Below are positions 1 to 13,300 of a DNA stretch of 64,000 bases, in pieces; position 1 is the first letter of the stretch; each line of letters starts with the position of its first letter. Below the pieces are notes generated by a model, which did no database searches, was not told the origin of the DNA, and saw only the letters and a program-made list of their open reading frames with translations. Source of the stretch: Azolla caroliniana (Eukaryota; Plantae; Polypodiophyta); the NCBI GenBank assembly GCA_043228905.1, contig JBHGNT010000001.1, positions 35,464,001 to 35,528,000 of the forward strand, read 5' to 3'. Position numbers and translations under genes: made by a program.

Positions 1-1399
1 AGGGTTTGCTTTAGCTTCAAACTGTTACTATGCCAAAAACAGGTTTGGTTATATCCACATCCAGAACATGGCTGATTAAAGCTCATAGAAAGAGCATGAA
101 ATCAGTCTCAAAGATTACTGGTAAGTGTGATTTAATATACAAAAAACAAGGTGTGTTTATGATTGCTCTTTGGCTTGAGTAATGTTTGGACTTTTCTTGT
201 AATCTTGGAACTTCTTTCTTGGCTTTTTTTTTTCTAGAGGGATATTTGGAAGTTGACTTATCGTTCTTTGAGGACTTTTTTTTATTGTGATCTGGGTTTG
301 TTGGTGACTTTTAGCCTTTTTGTGATGTCACTTCTTTTTTATATCTTACTTTCCATGTTATTTGTGACGTTCAAAGTTCATTTGTGTCTTTACTGTTTTT
401 TCAGGGCTTCCTTTTTGTTTTTACCATTTGTTCTTTGAAAGATGTTTGTGTTTCTACTTCTCTTTTATGGTGTAGCTTCTTTGTCATTTGTGAAATGTAT
501 ATTTTTTGTGTCATTACTTGTCTTTTGTAGCATAACATCTATTGTTCTCTATCAATTATGACAGTGGAGTTCTTTTTTACTTTATTTTAGCATTTATTTG
601 ATCTTGGCTATATTTTCTATCATGCATGACTTCACTTTGACATTTATTCAATTATGGCTTCGAATTTTCACAGCTAACAATGTTCGGTTGATGGCGATGT
701 TGAGTAGGCGCAAAAAGCCAAATGAGCAAATCTGGGTAGCAACATAGGATGGAGAAGGAGACAAGTAAATGAAGAGGATGAGGCAAAAGAGATAGTAGTT
801 AGATACAAGTGAGGAAGAGGAGAGAAAAAGAGAGATAGGTGGGATGGAAGCTCGTGTTTTCAGGGGAAAAACAAGAGCAATTTGTCTAAGACAATGAGGA
901 GAGGGGAGATGAGGTTCATATACCTTACCTCCCAACAAAAGTGGGGGAATTCTAAAAATACCCTTTGCATTATTAAAAAGGGGTATAACACCTGAGCGTA
1001 ACTCACATCCCAAACCTAAGCTATTTAGGTTGAATTACTTTGTAACTTACCAAAACAAATTGTACATTGGAAAACACAAAATTGAATGGCAATGCATGCT
1101 AGTTAGTGTGTACTTAGCCTAAACTTGATGTTCCATCATAAAAACATGTTTAATGGCAAACTTAACCCATCACCCTTGTAGGTTTTGGGTGATCTTGCAC
1201 TCGAGTTTCATTGTTGTCTTTAAACTCTTGTTTTGAGATATATCATTCTATTGTGAGATGCAATCATGCTCTTAGTTGTGGGACACTAGTCTTGGCCTAA
1301 TTTACACTCTTGTAGGATTCTTGGAGTTGTCACTCTATCTTGTAGTGTAAACCTTTCTAATTGTGGGAATAATGGGTTTCCTTCTCACTTTTCTATATA

Positions 1400-2100
1400 C
1401 CACAATTAGTATGCAATGTGCCCAAATTTCTATATATGCATAAACTACTTGCAAGGATGTGTAAATGGTTAGAAATTTGTGTACCTTGTGAAAACCTTGA
1501 AACGGTTGCTTGCCATTTTGTAGTCTTAGTTAGCACATAGTAGAGGATTGTAATCAAGCTCTCTACTTGACCATCGGACCTAAAGTAATCCAATGTTCTC
1601 TTCCCATGTGTGACCATAAACTTACCTTAGTCAATGTATACTTGGTTGTTCATAAATTCAATGCGGAAAACCAAAACCTAATGTCATGTTTTTTTGTAGA
1701 AATTGTACAACAGCTCGAGTGTTTTCTTAGTGCAAGCTTCTATGGAGTAGTTACACTAATGTATTTGATGATGTCAACCTTCATTTTTTGAATGATTGCT
1801 AAGTCATTATTGGCATCATTACTTCTCACATCTCTTTACATCTATATTCTTCAAGAGTGTTGCCAACCACAACTAGGCTTGCAATATTTTTCAATAAATT
1901 GTAAATGATGTTGGTGCTTAAGTGCCCCTTTACTACTTCCACAATGAGATTGCTCAATTAATGTTTTCTCATCATGACCTATCAATCACTTGCTTAGTCC
2001 ATCATATTCTTGCCCTTACTTGTATAGGTTGCACCAACCCATTGTAAATGTTTTACACTTCTTCAACAATGCACACTATTGGAAGTCAATGTGAGAGCAA
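1400..2100 (-). mobile_element. Degenerate Ty3/Gypsy LTR-retrotransposon integrase remnant
   Basis: Minus-strand translation gives EQSHCGSSKGH and KILQA*LWLATLLK (like integrase Zn-binding region H...GH...KILQAGLWWPTLFKD). It also gives DYFRSDGQVESLITILYYVLTK (like rve core YHPQTDGQVERLNKTL). Stops and frameshifts are present. Confidence 0.65.
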
Positions 2101-2744
2101 AAGTTATTTTGTCAAAGAGTTTCTCTTGGATTGGAAGTGGCACCTATAAGCACAAAGAAGAGGCACCAGAGTCTTCTCGAAGAAGCCAAGCACTAGATCA
2201 CCTAGATCTCTCTTTTTCAAATTGATATGTCAAAAACTAAATCACATTTGGATTGCCATTAGACCCGTGTTCTATTCGTCACATGGATAATTACCCTTTC
2301 CAAGCATGGCAGAATTGTTTAAAGCTATTCTCAACTTCAAGAGAACCATGAAAAAACTTGTATAATGTGATCCCTCCTTCGGCAAGAGATATTCCTCAAG
2401 AGGGGTTATCGTGAGTGCTCTACCCATAGGAAAGTTCCATGATCACAAACAACCTTAGTGGGTTCCTTATCCGCATGACCAACCTAAGGAGACCTCTCAG
2501 CCACATGAACAACCCAAATGATGATCAATTGCTTGTTGTATCCATAAGATATGTATACACCAATGACTCATGAGACTTGAGCTCGAACCGACATGTTGTG
2601 TATAAGGAGCCTCCCTTGTGCTTCCATTGTCCGGACAAGTGTGAAGGTGTCCAAATCATGTACCGACTAAAACCAACAAAGGCGAGGCCGTTAATGAAGG
2701 TGCTTGCTTCTTGGTCTGCAAACTCATCCTTCCTCTTCAAAGCT

Positions 2745-2752
2745 TAGGGTTT
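2745..2752. promoter_or_regulatory. Telobox (TAGGGTTT = reverse complement of AAACCCTA) upstream of the hnRNP H/F-like gene
   Basis: Exact telobox next to a CT-rich putative 5'UTR. Teloboxes are common in plant RNA-processing and translation gene promoters. Confidence 0.4.
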
Positions 2753-3317
2753 GAACGCACACGCATCTCTGCCTAACTTCTCCCTCTCTCTCGACACGCA
2801 GAAATATATCTGGGCTTGTCTGATTCCTGCAGCGGGTCTTTCCTCTGGTTGGGTTATAAAGAAGAAGAAGAAACTCTCAGAAAGACTGTTAAAATATGTA
2901 TTCCAGAGGGTAAGGGGGACTCGACTCGTGGTATGCTTCATTTTTTATGTACCCTTCAATCAGACGAAGGAGGGATTCTTAGATGAGAGGAATTCTTTCC
3001 CCACAGAGACTCGCCTCATTGATTTCTATACAATTACTCTTCTAAATATGTTGAAATTATTTTAGCCTAACAAGGCCTTTTAAATCTTATGCCAAATACT
3101 ACACACAAATAAGTTTCCAGTTTTGAATATGCATTAACATAACATCTATGGGTTCTCTCTCCTTTTTTTGAAAGATACAAAAAATTGAACAAAGTTTAAA
3201 TTCTGCAAGGGTGTGTACTGTTGAAACGTGTGTAATTGATTGCTCCCTATTGATTGGATGAATGGGTTCTATATACATATATCTTGGGTTGATTTGTGTT
3301 GTGTGGGCTGAAGGAAC

Positions 3318-4169
3318 ATGTTGGGGAGCATGGGGCAGCATCATGCAGATGGATACGAGATGGGAAGCTCGAAGAGGCAGAGAATGATAGATGAAGATGT
3401 GTATTATGGGGTGTCACCAGCTCTTCGATCGTCAGCACCACCACCGTATAGTTATGGAGGAGTTCACAGTGGGACACATGCTCGGTTACTATTCCCGGTT
3501 GTCCGTCTTCGTGGCCTGCCTTTTGATTGCAGAGACAGCGATGTTCATGAGTTCTTCGCAGGCCTTGATGTTGTCGATGTCTTGCTTGTCCACAAGCGCA
3601 GTCGGTTTTCAGGGGAAGCCTATGTTGTGTTTGGTGCCCCATTGCAAGTTGATTACGCACTTCAACGGAACCGCCAGAACATGGGTCGCCGATACATTGA
3701 AGTCTTTCGATGCAAGAAGCAAGAATATTACAACGCAATCGCGTCTGAGGTCCATGATACTAAGGCATATGATGACGATGACGATGATGATGATGGGCTT
3801 CGGAGGCCTCCCCTTCCGTCCTCTGCTTCTGCTAAATCAATGCCCATGCAAAAAAAAGGCAGCGCTGATAAGGAAGAGAATGTGGAACACACAGGTGTGC
3901 TTCGACTCCGTGGTCTCCCCTTCTCTGTCTCCAAACGTGATATTATTGAGTTCTTTGGAACCAATTCGGGACTTGAGGAGGAGAATGTACACATTGTTAC
4001 CCATTCGGATGGTCGAGCCACTGGTGAAGCTTTTGTTGAATTCAGTGGTCCCGACGACGCTCGGGCTGCTATGAAGAAGGATAAGATGACTCTTGGGAGT
4101 AGATATGTTGAACTATTTCCGTCTTCCAGAGATGAGGCCAAACGAGCTGCTGCCAGATCTCGGCAATAA
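3318..4169 (+). CDS. hnRNP H/F-like RNA-binding protein with two quasi-RRMs; intronless CDS, 283 aa
   Basis: Two qRRMs: VVRLRGLPF...GEAYVVF...MGRRYIEVF and VLRLRGLPF...GRATGEAFVEF...LGSRYVELF. Probable 5'UTR intron from a donor near 2910 or 2931 to an acceptor near 3313. Confidence 0.93.
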   Translation: MLGSMGQHHADGYEMGSSKRQRMIDEDVYYGVSPALRSSAPPPYSYGGVHSGTHARLLFPVVRLRGLPFDCRDSDVHEFFAGLDVVDVLLVHKRSRFSGEAYVVFGAPLQVDYALQRNRQNMGRRYIEVFRCKKQEYYNAIASEVHDTKAYDDDDDDDDGLRRPPLPSSASAKSMPMQKKGSADKEENVEHTGVLRLRGLPFSVSKRDIIEFFGTNSGLEEENVHIVTHSDGRATGEAFVEFSGPDDARAAMKKDKMTLGSRYVELFPSSRDEAKRAAARSRQ

Positions 4170-5775
4170 TGAAATTTGAGGAGAGAGCAAATGCTCGAAG
4201 TAATGTGAAGTGTGCTTATGTTAATTAATGCCATGCCATGTGAAGTGTTGTTATGTTAAAAGGGACTTCCATGCCAATGTCCACAGTGCTGATGTTAAGT
4301 CTTTTACTAGTTTTAGGCTTTTCGATTGTAAGCTTAGAGGGCCTTGGATTCAAGAATAGTGGAGATAATTGGAGAAATTCAGATTGCAGATTTTTGATGT
4401 GTCATAAATGCACGAGTGATGAGTCCAAATGCTAATGTTCATTGATTCTATGTGGATTTCTGGTAGACTTATAACATATTTATATTGTGAATTATGTATT
4501 AGTAACATGTGGTATACGTGAATGTGGACCTGCCCAACTAAATGGATGAAAGTATCAATCGTTCTTGGTGATTCATAAGGCTAGGTTGTTTTGAAGGTAT
4601 AAAGTTATGAATTTGGAAGACTGAGGAACTCTTCAGGAAAAAAATGCTAGTGTAGAGGATGTTTTGGATATAAAATGCGTGGCTTGAGTCTGTTGAAAGT
4701 GAAAGAATCTTTTTAGAATGGAAGGTGCAAATGAAATTAACATCAAATGGTTCATATTCTATACATGGAGTCGGTGTGGCCATCGTTCCTTTTGTTGATG
4801 GTGCTCAAAATGTATGAAGCATGAAGTATCATGCAGCAAGAGATGTTTAAACCCTGTCCGTAAAAGACTTGCTACTCTAGACAAGTTATACAATTGGAGC
4901 AATTGCAACATATCCTACACTTTAAAGTTGGTGGATGTCAAGTTATGTGAACGAATTGTAGGTAGGGTCAAATCAAAAGCATATGGTCATGTGAATCTCT
5001 AGTTTCAATTATTTCTTGGATAATAGTAGAGTTGTGCATACCTGGTTTCTCCTAGAAAAGGAATTCTAATGCAGAAGCATGAATAAGTAAAAAGTGAATG
5101 CAGATACTTCCAATATTTACCTAAGCAAGTAAATTAGGAATGGAATAATTCTCATAGGATGCAATAGTAATTTACTTTTGAGGGTTGTGCATATGGATCA
5201 TATGCTACAACCACTTCAACTTGAAGCTAAAATTCAAATAAATACCTTTTTAGACATGCAAGCATTTATCAGGAGTTGAGGTAACTAAGTTAAGATAGAG
5301 AATGGTTGTAGGTAAATGTTTTGCAGGATAACTTAGTGATGGATCACTTAGTTTTGTGAGTGGGTTAAGTTTAAGTCCTACAAAACATGAAATCCATTGA
5401 TAAGTGTTGGTTAGCAACTCCTTTCCCAAAAAATAAAACATTCTCTTTTTTAATTCTTCAATACCTCATCCCTCATAATTTATTAGCATCATTGTTCATC
5501 ATGGCATTATCTTCTCTGAAAGTAAAGAACTGTATAGACTGGAATAGCATTTGAACCCTTGGATGTCTACTTTCAGCTCATTTCATGTTTTCCTAGATCA
5601 AAGTGAATGATTTGAAAGATAGATGAGCACATAGCAGCAAACCACAGGAAAAATTAGAATGAAAATAAGTTTGAGACCAAATAAACAGGGTTCAAAAATA
5701 ATAGATTTCGTAAACTGAAAATTCTTAGTGCAGGAGGAATGGTTTGATTGAAATTTATGATTCCATGAAGCTTTC

Positions 5776-7997
5776 TCAAGCAGCGGTTGTTTCCTCAACA
5801 ACAGGGGCTAGTGATACATTTGCTGCCACATCCTCGATAGTCTTTGTCCATGAATGTTCGCGTGCACCATCCTTGTCAACAATCTTTATTAAGAAATTTG
5901 GCGGTGATGCCACCAATCTGGTTCTTATCTCCTTGATACACATATCAACCAGTTTCAGAGACTCCTCCAACGACATGCCCTTCTGGTAGTACTTATCCAT
6001 TGTGGATAGAATGAAGTTGGAACCTGTAACAAAAAGATAAGTTGACACAGATGAGAACCAAACCCATCATCTCTCTCTCTCTCTCTCTCTCTCTATGACG
6101 AAGGTTCAAAAGACCCAAAACACATTGGATAACACCTTGTGGATGCACTTGCAGCCAAAAGGATCACGAAACAATAAAGTACAAGACTGTTATACTCAAT
6201 TTAACCTAACATGTTGAGACACCTACAAGCAAATCCCAAGGCCATTAAAGAGAGCCACAGGAAATCACTCTCCTCAAAAACTAGCAATCATCGTCTCAAA
6301 ACTGAGAACAGAACGTGAAGAGGCCTAGCTAGAGCAGGACACACATTCACAATTTGCCCAATTGGTAATCAGATAATGAGGAGAAGCTCATAATATGATG
6401 TGAACCATACATTTCAGATTTTATATTTATATATATCAAGTATCTATGTGGAGTATTGTGTTGAGGCGAAGACTTTGTGTAACCATGTTTGTGTATAATA
6501 TTATCAATATAATATAGACATGTGTTGTTCTAATGCATACCTTCATAAGGGCACTAGAATTGAAATTTGAAATACAGAAAGAAAACAAATGACAGAGTAA
6601 ATTGTATGAAACAAAGACTTCACTCATTTTTTCTTCTCTATTACATCGTCCTTGCGCATCTCCCAATGTCTGATAGTAGTACATGAAGGATAGACACATC
6701 ACACAATCTTACAAAACAAGCTACAACTTTGTTATATCGTACTTTAATTCGTACCCTGACACTCCCCGTTTTATATCAACCATGAAACTCCATCTGGAGA
6801 GGAGCACAGTGAGTGAATGCACAAGAAAGGCTGAATTATAAACGTGTCTATGAGAAAGGAAAACAAGGTGACAAAGGTTAACATGGAATTTGCAAAAGAA
6901 TGACACAATGATTGTAAGAGAATGTGATACAACCACACGCAAGCTTGACACATGTGAGGATTCAACAAGGAGACAAATATATAGTTAACAACTTGAACCG
7001 TTATTGATGGAAATCTTACAATAACCCATAGCTCCTTTGTCCAATTTATGCAGTGTTGCAATGTAATCGATGTAGTATAACGATGGTCCTACATCCTTGT
7101 CAAAGCCTGCCATCAAAGAGTTCACAAAATATGGACTCTGCATACATTAAATTGATGTATTTAGAAAATAATACATGAAATTGGCCGAGTATTTGTTCAT
7201 TTCACAGACATAAACTTAAAAAATGAGGTACGCCTGTACAAACGAACTAAACAATATAGAGATGAGTTAAATCTTAACAGACAATGAACAAATCAAATAG
7301 GCAAAATGTAGTGATGAGCTAAACTTAACAAACGATGAATAAACTCTGTACACTTGCCTTCCTAAGGGCCTGAGCAAGTTCGTTTCGAGTGAAATTGGCT
7401 GCAGCAGCTGTGGAAAGGGGAAGTCCATTTTTATATTCATAAAGCTGAATATTCTTTTGTATAAATTCTGTAAACTGAACCCTGAAAATTTTCACAAACT
7501 AAAATGAGGAGGAAAACACATAGGTACCAGCAATCAAACATTCTGAAAAAGGAAATTTTACAAATAATTGACATTCCATAAAGCATCAGTAATGACTTGA
7601 CATGATCGATATGAGGGTTTCAGTTTCTTATTGCGTACAACTAAAACCTTCATCAATTTTACTAGACGGACTGAGAAGCAAAAAACGGGAAAGAGAAAGA
7701 AACAAAAATCAGAAAAGCAATAGAAGCCTGACATAATTTCATAAGCAGATAAATAAAGGCATTGTTGGATCTGTAAAGTTCCGAACCCCTGCATTAAAAA
7801 TAAAAAGGTAAATAAAAGAGAAAGAAAGAGGAAATAGACCTGTCTCCTCTCTCTCCGGTGGCTCCGAGAAGCTTGTGGGAGTCGAGTTTCATGATCTTGT
7901 CTTCGCTCGTCTTCTGCACGATGATGCTCTGCAGAGAAGACGTGTCTTCGACGATGAGGGAGAAACCATCGCCAACGAGGCCGAACACGCACTCCAT
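5776..7997 (-). CDS. PBD1: 20S proteasome subunit beta type-2 (beta4); 4 exons approx 7997-7840, 7481-7358, 7137-7020, 6023-5776
   Basis: [12 protein letters not shown]...[63 protein letters not shown] and [28 protein letters not shown] match plant PBD. Exon phases are consistent. Intron 2 has a GC donor. Confidence 0.95.
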
Positions 7998-8121
7998 CTC
8001 CTTGTTTCTCTCTTTGCTTGGCGCTCGCTGTTGCTCTGCGTTTCTCTGGCTATGGCGATGGAAAGTGAAAACAGTGGGGTGTTTGATATTTCTCTGTTCT
8101 TCACGTCGACGTTCTTTTGCG

Positions 8122-8124
<3 letters not shown>

Positions 8125-8171
<47 letters not shown>
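8125..8171. repeat. (GA)n microsatellite (CT-rich on the sense strand) in the PBD 5'UTR/promoter
   Basis: Perfect dinucleotide run seen directly. Confidence 0.9.
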
Positions 8172-8173
<2 letters not shown>

Positions 8174-10303
8174 GGACATGGGCCTCCCCTTTTCTTAAAT
8201 TCCCAAAATACCCCCCAACCCACCCGTTGGCCAGGGGAGCCCAACAAAACGAATGAGAAACCAACCAATGGGCATGAAAGTGTTAATTAAGGCCACATGT
8301 CCGGACACGTTTTGGGATGTGCCGAAAGATTGAATTCGCTTCCAATCATCCTAAAGAAATTCATTTGTGTGGGATTTGACTAACAGCATCGTGCGATGCC
8401 TGAACAAATTCTTGAGATGGGATGGATTGGTGTTGCATTTAGATTATTGCCCTGACTGAGCACGTTTCATTGTTTCTCCCATCCAGATGGCGAGAACCCG
8501 TGACTTTGTGGAAATGGCATTTATATATGCGTTTCGAGGCACCTATCATTTGTCTTTTGCGAGTCATTTTCAATGAAATGATATCCTAAATTCATGAATC
8601 ATAATGGATGCCTCAATGAGGGGTTACTCGTGAACCATGAAACTTATCTTTGATATTCATAGTCGTCATGGAAACCTAACTAATATAAGTCTTTATTTTG
8701 CAAACTTTTATTTGTGGTAGTGGATAGTGAATCTTCCATTAGACCTCACGGGTCGAGTCACCACAACACATTGACTTAACCACGTACCTTATCATCTGAT
8801 TTATTCACAAATACAATAAAAATTCTTCAAATTTTCTTGTTGTTTTCAATTTTAAAAGAAAATGTGGGGGAAGTTTGTCCCTTGATAGTATCCATGTAAT
8901 ATTGATATTGGTATGATGCAACATATCTTTATCTTGTAGATTATAAGAGTTCATAAAAAATAAGAAGTTATTTTTCAATTTCAAAATTGATGTGATATGT
9001 GAAGATTTTTATTGAGAATAAGTGTTCATTACCACATTCCAACATAATTTGGACATATATTTAGGACCTAATGTATGTTTATGTCTCTTTTTCAAATTCA
9101 TGTTGTATTTCTTTTTTGCTTTTGAGGAAACATTTTATGCTACATTATTGGTTATTCACATCACAAACATGGACTTTCAGCTTGCAAGTAAGTGTCTCCA
9201 TGTTTGCACACTAAATATGATGGTTTCATAACAACAATGTTATTCTCAACAAGGAATTCCTTCAAATAGTTCTTCACACTATTGCAAGAGGAAGATATGT
9301 GGATGGAACAACAAATAAAGCCAAACATAAATTTTGCAATCACAACTACAATGAAGTTTGATACTCATACAAAGTCAATGAAGTTCCCCATATGCACGAG
9401 GTCATTGCACAAAAGCTCAAATATGTAGCATCAATACTGATAAGCCATATAAACATAGACTTGTAGTTAATAGAGTTTGGCCAAGTTATACATAAGACTC
9501 AAGATGTTACTACAAGCAATAAGATTTCAACATCCAAATTAAGTATTTACATGCCCTTTCTCACTCGTACCATAACTTTTCACTCTTGCAACTTGGAAAT
9601 TTGCCTATAGACCAACCAATTAAACGTTATTCTTATTTCCAAAGTGAGCATCGTTAAAAAAGAATGGAAGTGATGGATGGTCATGTGGGAAAATAAGAAA
9701 AAAAATTGCATATGAATTGGACGAAGAGGAGTTCAAGTTTCGCTCAGTGCAAGTTTAGCATGTGTTCATGCTCGAGAAGCCTTAAACAAGCACCTTTTTT
9801 TCTGCAAGTTAATGAAAAGCCTTATTTCGACAAATTCGTTCAATACCTCCAGAACAGAACCTAGTCTCTGAACCATGTAATACAATATTATTAATTCAAT
9901 ATTCAGAAACGATCAATGATTGCCATAATGAGAGAACCATGCAAGGTCTGTCAAAGCTTCGCTTTCCCCAATCTAGAGATGGCGATGGCCATATCTCCGA
10001 CCCATGAGAGATTCCTCAACCTCGACCACTACCACTATTACTAGGGAAACCACATGACTCCACAAAAGACTCTATTGTGCTAAAGAGTCGGAGTTTACTT
10101 GCCTCATTATTAATTATCGATCTGTGAATACATACATACATTATTAAATATGTACATACAGATACATAGATATGTACGTACGTACATAGTACGTCTATAC
10201 GTACATGCATACATACGGACATACTTATGCATGCATTCAAAAAAGGCTGAGAGACGAAGGCGAGCGAGGTAGGCGAAGGAGAGGAGGAGGAAGAAGGGAA
10301 TGA

Positions 10304-13300
10304 ATGCCTGTGTCCGCTTCTGCTTCTGCTTCTGCCGTCTACTTCCTCAACCTTCATCGTCTCTACAGAGACGACGTCGGGTACTTGCGATTTCCTTTCC
10401 TTTCATCAGTAATCATGAACAATTTACGTTACTGTTTATTCTTCTTCTTTCTAGATTCGTAGCTCTCCTGTGAAATGTTACGGTTGAACGAACATATGCA
10501 GTTTTCTTCCTTTCCTTCGTCCGTTTCCACATTTTCGCAAGTAATGCAGAACTTCCAGAAATATGTACGCAAATTTCATGGTCTACTGAAATAGTTATTT
10601 TTCCCTTCCCGAAATGTGCTTTTTTGTTGGTCACCTTGTTTTCCACATGTATGAGCTCTCTGGGTTTCCATACATCGTTCCCAGTGTGGTAGGAAACCAG
10701 CAAAAATTACCTGTTGGAAGACTCAAATTTCTTCTTTAGGATTCAGGAAATACACTTTACACCCGTATTCGATTAACATGAAGTAGAATGATCCGTTGGC
10801 CCGCCAATGCTTTTTTATTCATCTTTTTGTACATCTCTCTGTAGACTGGTTGGAGAAAAGCTATCACTCTTTCATGCAGGTGACAAATTCACCAGGCCTT
10901 CTGCATGTATAGCTGCTTGGGTATGGGAAAGCTGAAATGGCCAAGAAGCTACAGGCACATCGTGGCATGGGTTGCCCCAAACTTAATAGTTGATTCTTAT
11001 TGATTCAAATTCCATTTTAGCGGAGCTGCTGCTCAAATTAAGTCATTGCGTGTGCAGATCTTGAATTCAGCAGTTTGGACCAGCCTTTCTTCTTCTGCCC
11101 TATTTGAATTTACTACCAGTGTTAAAGCTTATGCATGCTGCTCCCTGAAGTGCATATCACACCGCTTCTTAATTGATGTTCTTCTTGGTTATCCCTGTTT
11201 TCTGGAAGTAAGCTCTAGTTTTGTTCCCTGGGATGCATATTCAGTACTACTAGCATAACCAAAAGATAAGTCTTTCCTTTTTTCTCTGGAACAGAATTAT
11301 GTTCCCTTTCCGACAGTGAGCCAGTTGTGGTCTGTGACCACAATTATATTATGTGCTGAAACTGGGCCTAACAAAATTTGAGAAAATCTTTACCTATAAC
11401 TAGCTTTCACCCATATCATAATATGTAAAAACATACGTTAGAAGAGAGCACGAGTTTAGAAGAGCTGAAATAATGCACAGATTATCCCAAAGCTTGGTGC
11501 ACTCTATGTACTTTAGTATCATTTGAACTAAATATAAAGATTACAAGAACAAGAGGGTTCTAGATTGTACAACACAAGTCCTGGCCTGGCAAACATGAAC
11601 TTACAAAAGTGCCCTGACTGTTTGTATTGTGCTGGAAACTGTAATATCAAAATCACTTAATCTTGTGAGATTTTCACGATTAGAATGTTTCAGCCAGCAT
11701 AACACCAGCTCATGTGCTCCGTAGTGAAATGCAAATATAGCATATGTTTTGTAGTTTTTTACAATTGTGATTCGTAGTTCTCTGAATTAAGGCTTTTTTA
11801 ATACATAAGATTAGTAACCCAATGGGCAACTCAGCTACTATGTTAAATCCTCAGCAACACACGCCATTGACACCACTTATCCCACAAGCCATTATCCTGA
11901 AACTCGAAGGCTTGATAAATGTCAACTTACTTCATGGGTTCAGTTATTGATTACCTTAGTTAAGTGGTCATGAAGGCATGAGTACTCCGGAGGTGAAGAA
12001 ACTAATATGTTTGTTCAAACATACAACAATATGCATGGTTCCAAATATGTGCAACTTTATTAAAATCTGCTGTGAATCATCTCCAGATTTCCTAAATGGA
12101 GATTCAGTGCTGAAGTAACTGTAAATAATTATAAATGAGTCAGGTTGGATGATGGAGAGGATAAACCCAAGTCAAACGTCTTTTGCCACGTTTTCAAAGA
12201 GTAAGGGTCATGTCATCGCCAAGTGTGGAATACTTCAACACCAAAACAGAAAAATGTCAACAAACTCCTTCTAAGCAAGTTGCTTGAGTTAAAATTGTAT
12301 CCAATAAATATGTCAACACATCTGTGGGAATATCCACCAAATCGTATGGCTTAACAAAGCAGTAAAGTAGATAAAGATCATCATTCACTAGCCATTGTAT
12401 ATTGACGCCAAACATCTGAGGCCAAAATCTATAAAGTGGTGGAGAATTTTCATGGGCCCAATGTTGCATATTTTCGCTTGCTTAGCGTTATATATTTAAA
12501 ATTAAACTCCTATATTTGGTTTTTCAATTTGTTCATTTCCTTCTATTTCTGATTTCAGGTTATGTTCAAATTTAAATTGTGACCATTTTCATGATTTGTT
12601 TGATATGTGCTTTTCTTGTGAGTGTTTATGAAGGATATCTTTAATTGTGACCAATTTCATGATCTGTTTGATATAGACTTTACCTAAAACTTTCTTGTGA
12701 GTGTTTACCTTTCATGTATAAACAGAGGAAACATGGTTGATGCTTTCCGGATGCATATCATGCAGACCAAAGATCTTGGCACATGTCCAATTAGGTAGAT
12801 TGGTGGATCCTCATTTTTATACATGAGAATTTGTAACGTCTACAGTGTTATTGTTGTTAGTAACAATGCAAATTCAGCATGTGCATTGAAGTTTGTGGTA
12901 GAGGTATGTTTCTGTTTCAGTGTACAGCTTGTTATGTATGTTACTATGTGGCATATAGTAACAAATAGAGTTCTGGATTTGCTGTAATGAGTAATGTGTA
13001 ACTGTCTTGTATATGCAGGCAGTGTCACTCTTCAAAGCATATTTTGGTGGTGCCTTTGATGAAGATTCGATTCGGAATAATTTTGTCCTTATATACGAGC
13101 TCCTGGATGGTACTAGCATAAAGTTTATGGAATAATTTTATGGCATTTGTTTTCTGAGTTTTGTGCTAAGTATGATTTTAGTGTTGAAAATCTTATTCAG
13201 AGATTATGGATTTTGGCTATCCTCAAAATCTCTCAACTGAGATTTTGAAGCTCTATATTACACAAGGAGTCCACTCCTCGTTCTCATCTAAGGTAGGCGA

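Noticed and set aside
930-995. PPT-like AAGTGGGGGAAT and LTR-end-like GGGGTATAACA
   Set aside because: Orientation conflicts with the adjacent minus-strand integrase remnant and no partner LTR is visible.
3247-4234. Long overlapping and antisense ORFs (163, 227 and 168 aa) over the hnRNP H/F-like gene
   Set aside because: Shadow frames of a real CDS with no recognisable motifs.
7794-8264. Several ORFs containing poly-(ER) or poly-(SL)
   Set aside because: Artefacts of the (GA)n microsatellite. Only the PBD first exon part is real.
9000-9700. Possible SWIM/FAR1-MULE remnant on the minus strand (CDCKI...HPHI)
   Set aside because: Similarity is too faint to support without a search.
12796-12798. 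U-to-C RNA editing or readthrough rescuing the AP2M TAG
   Set aside because: U-to-C stop-codon repair in ferns and hornworts is established for organellar transcripts, not nuclear ones. The gene also carries independent deletions and a lost terminus, so pseudogenisation is simpler.
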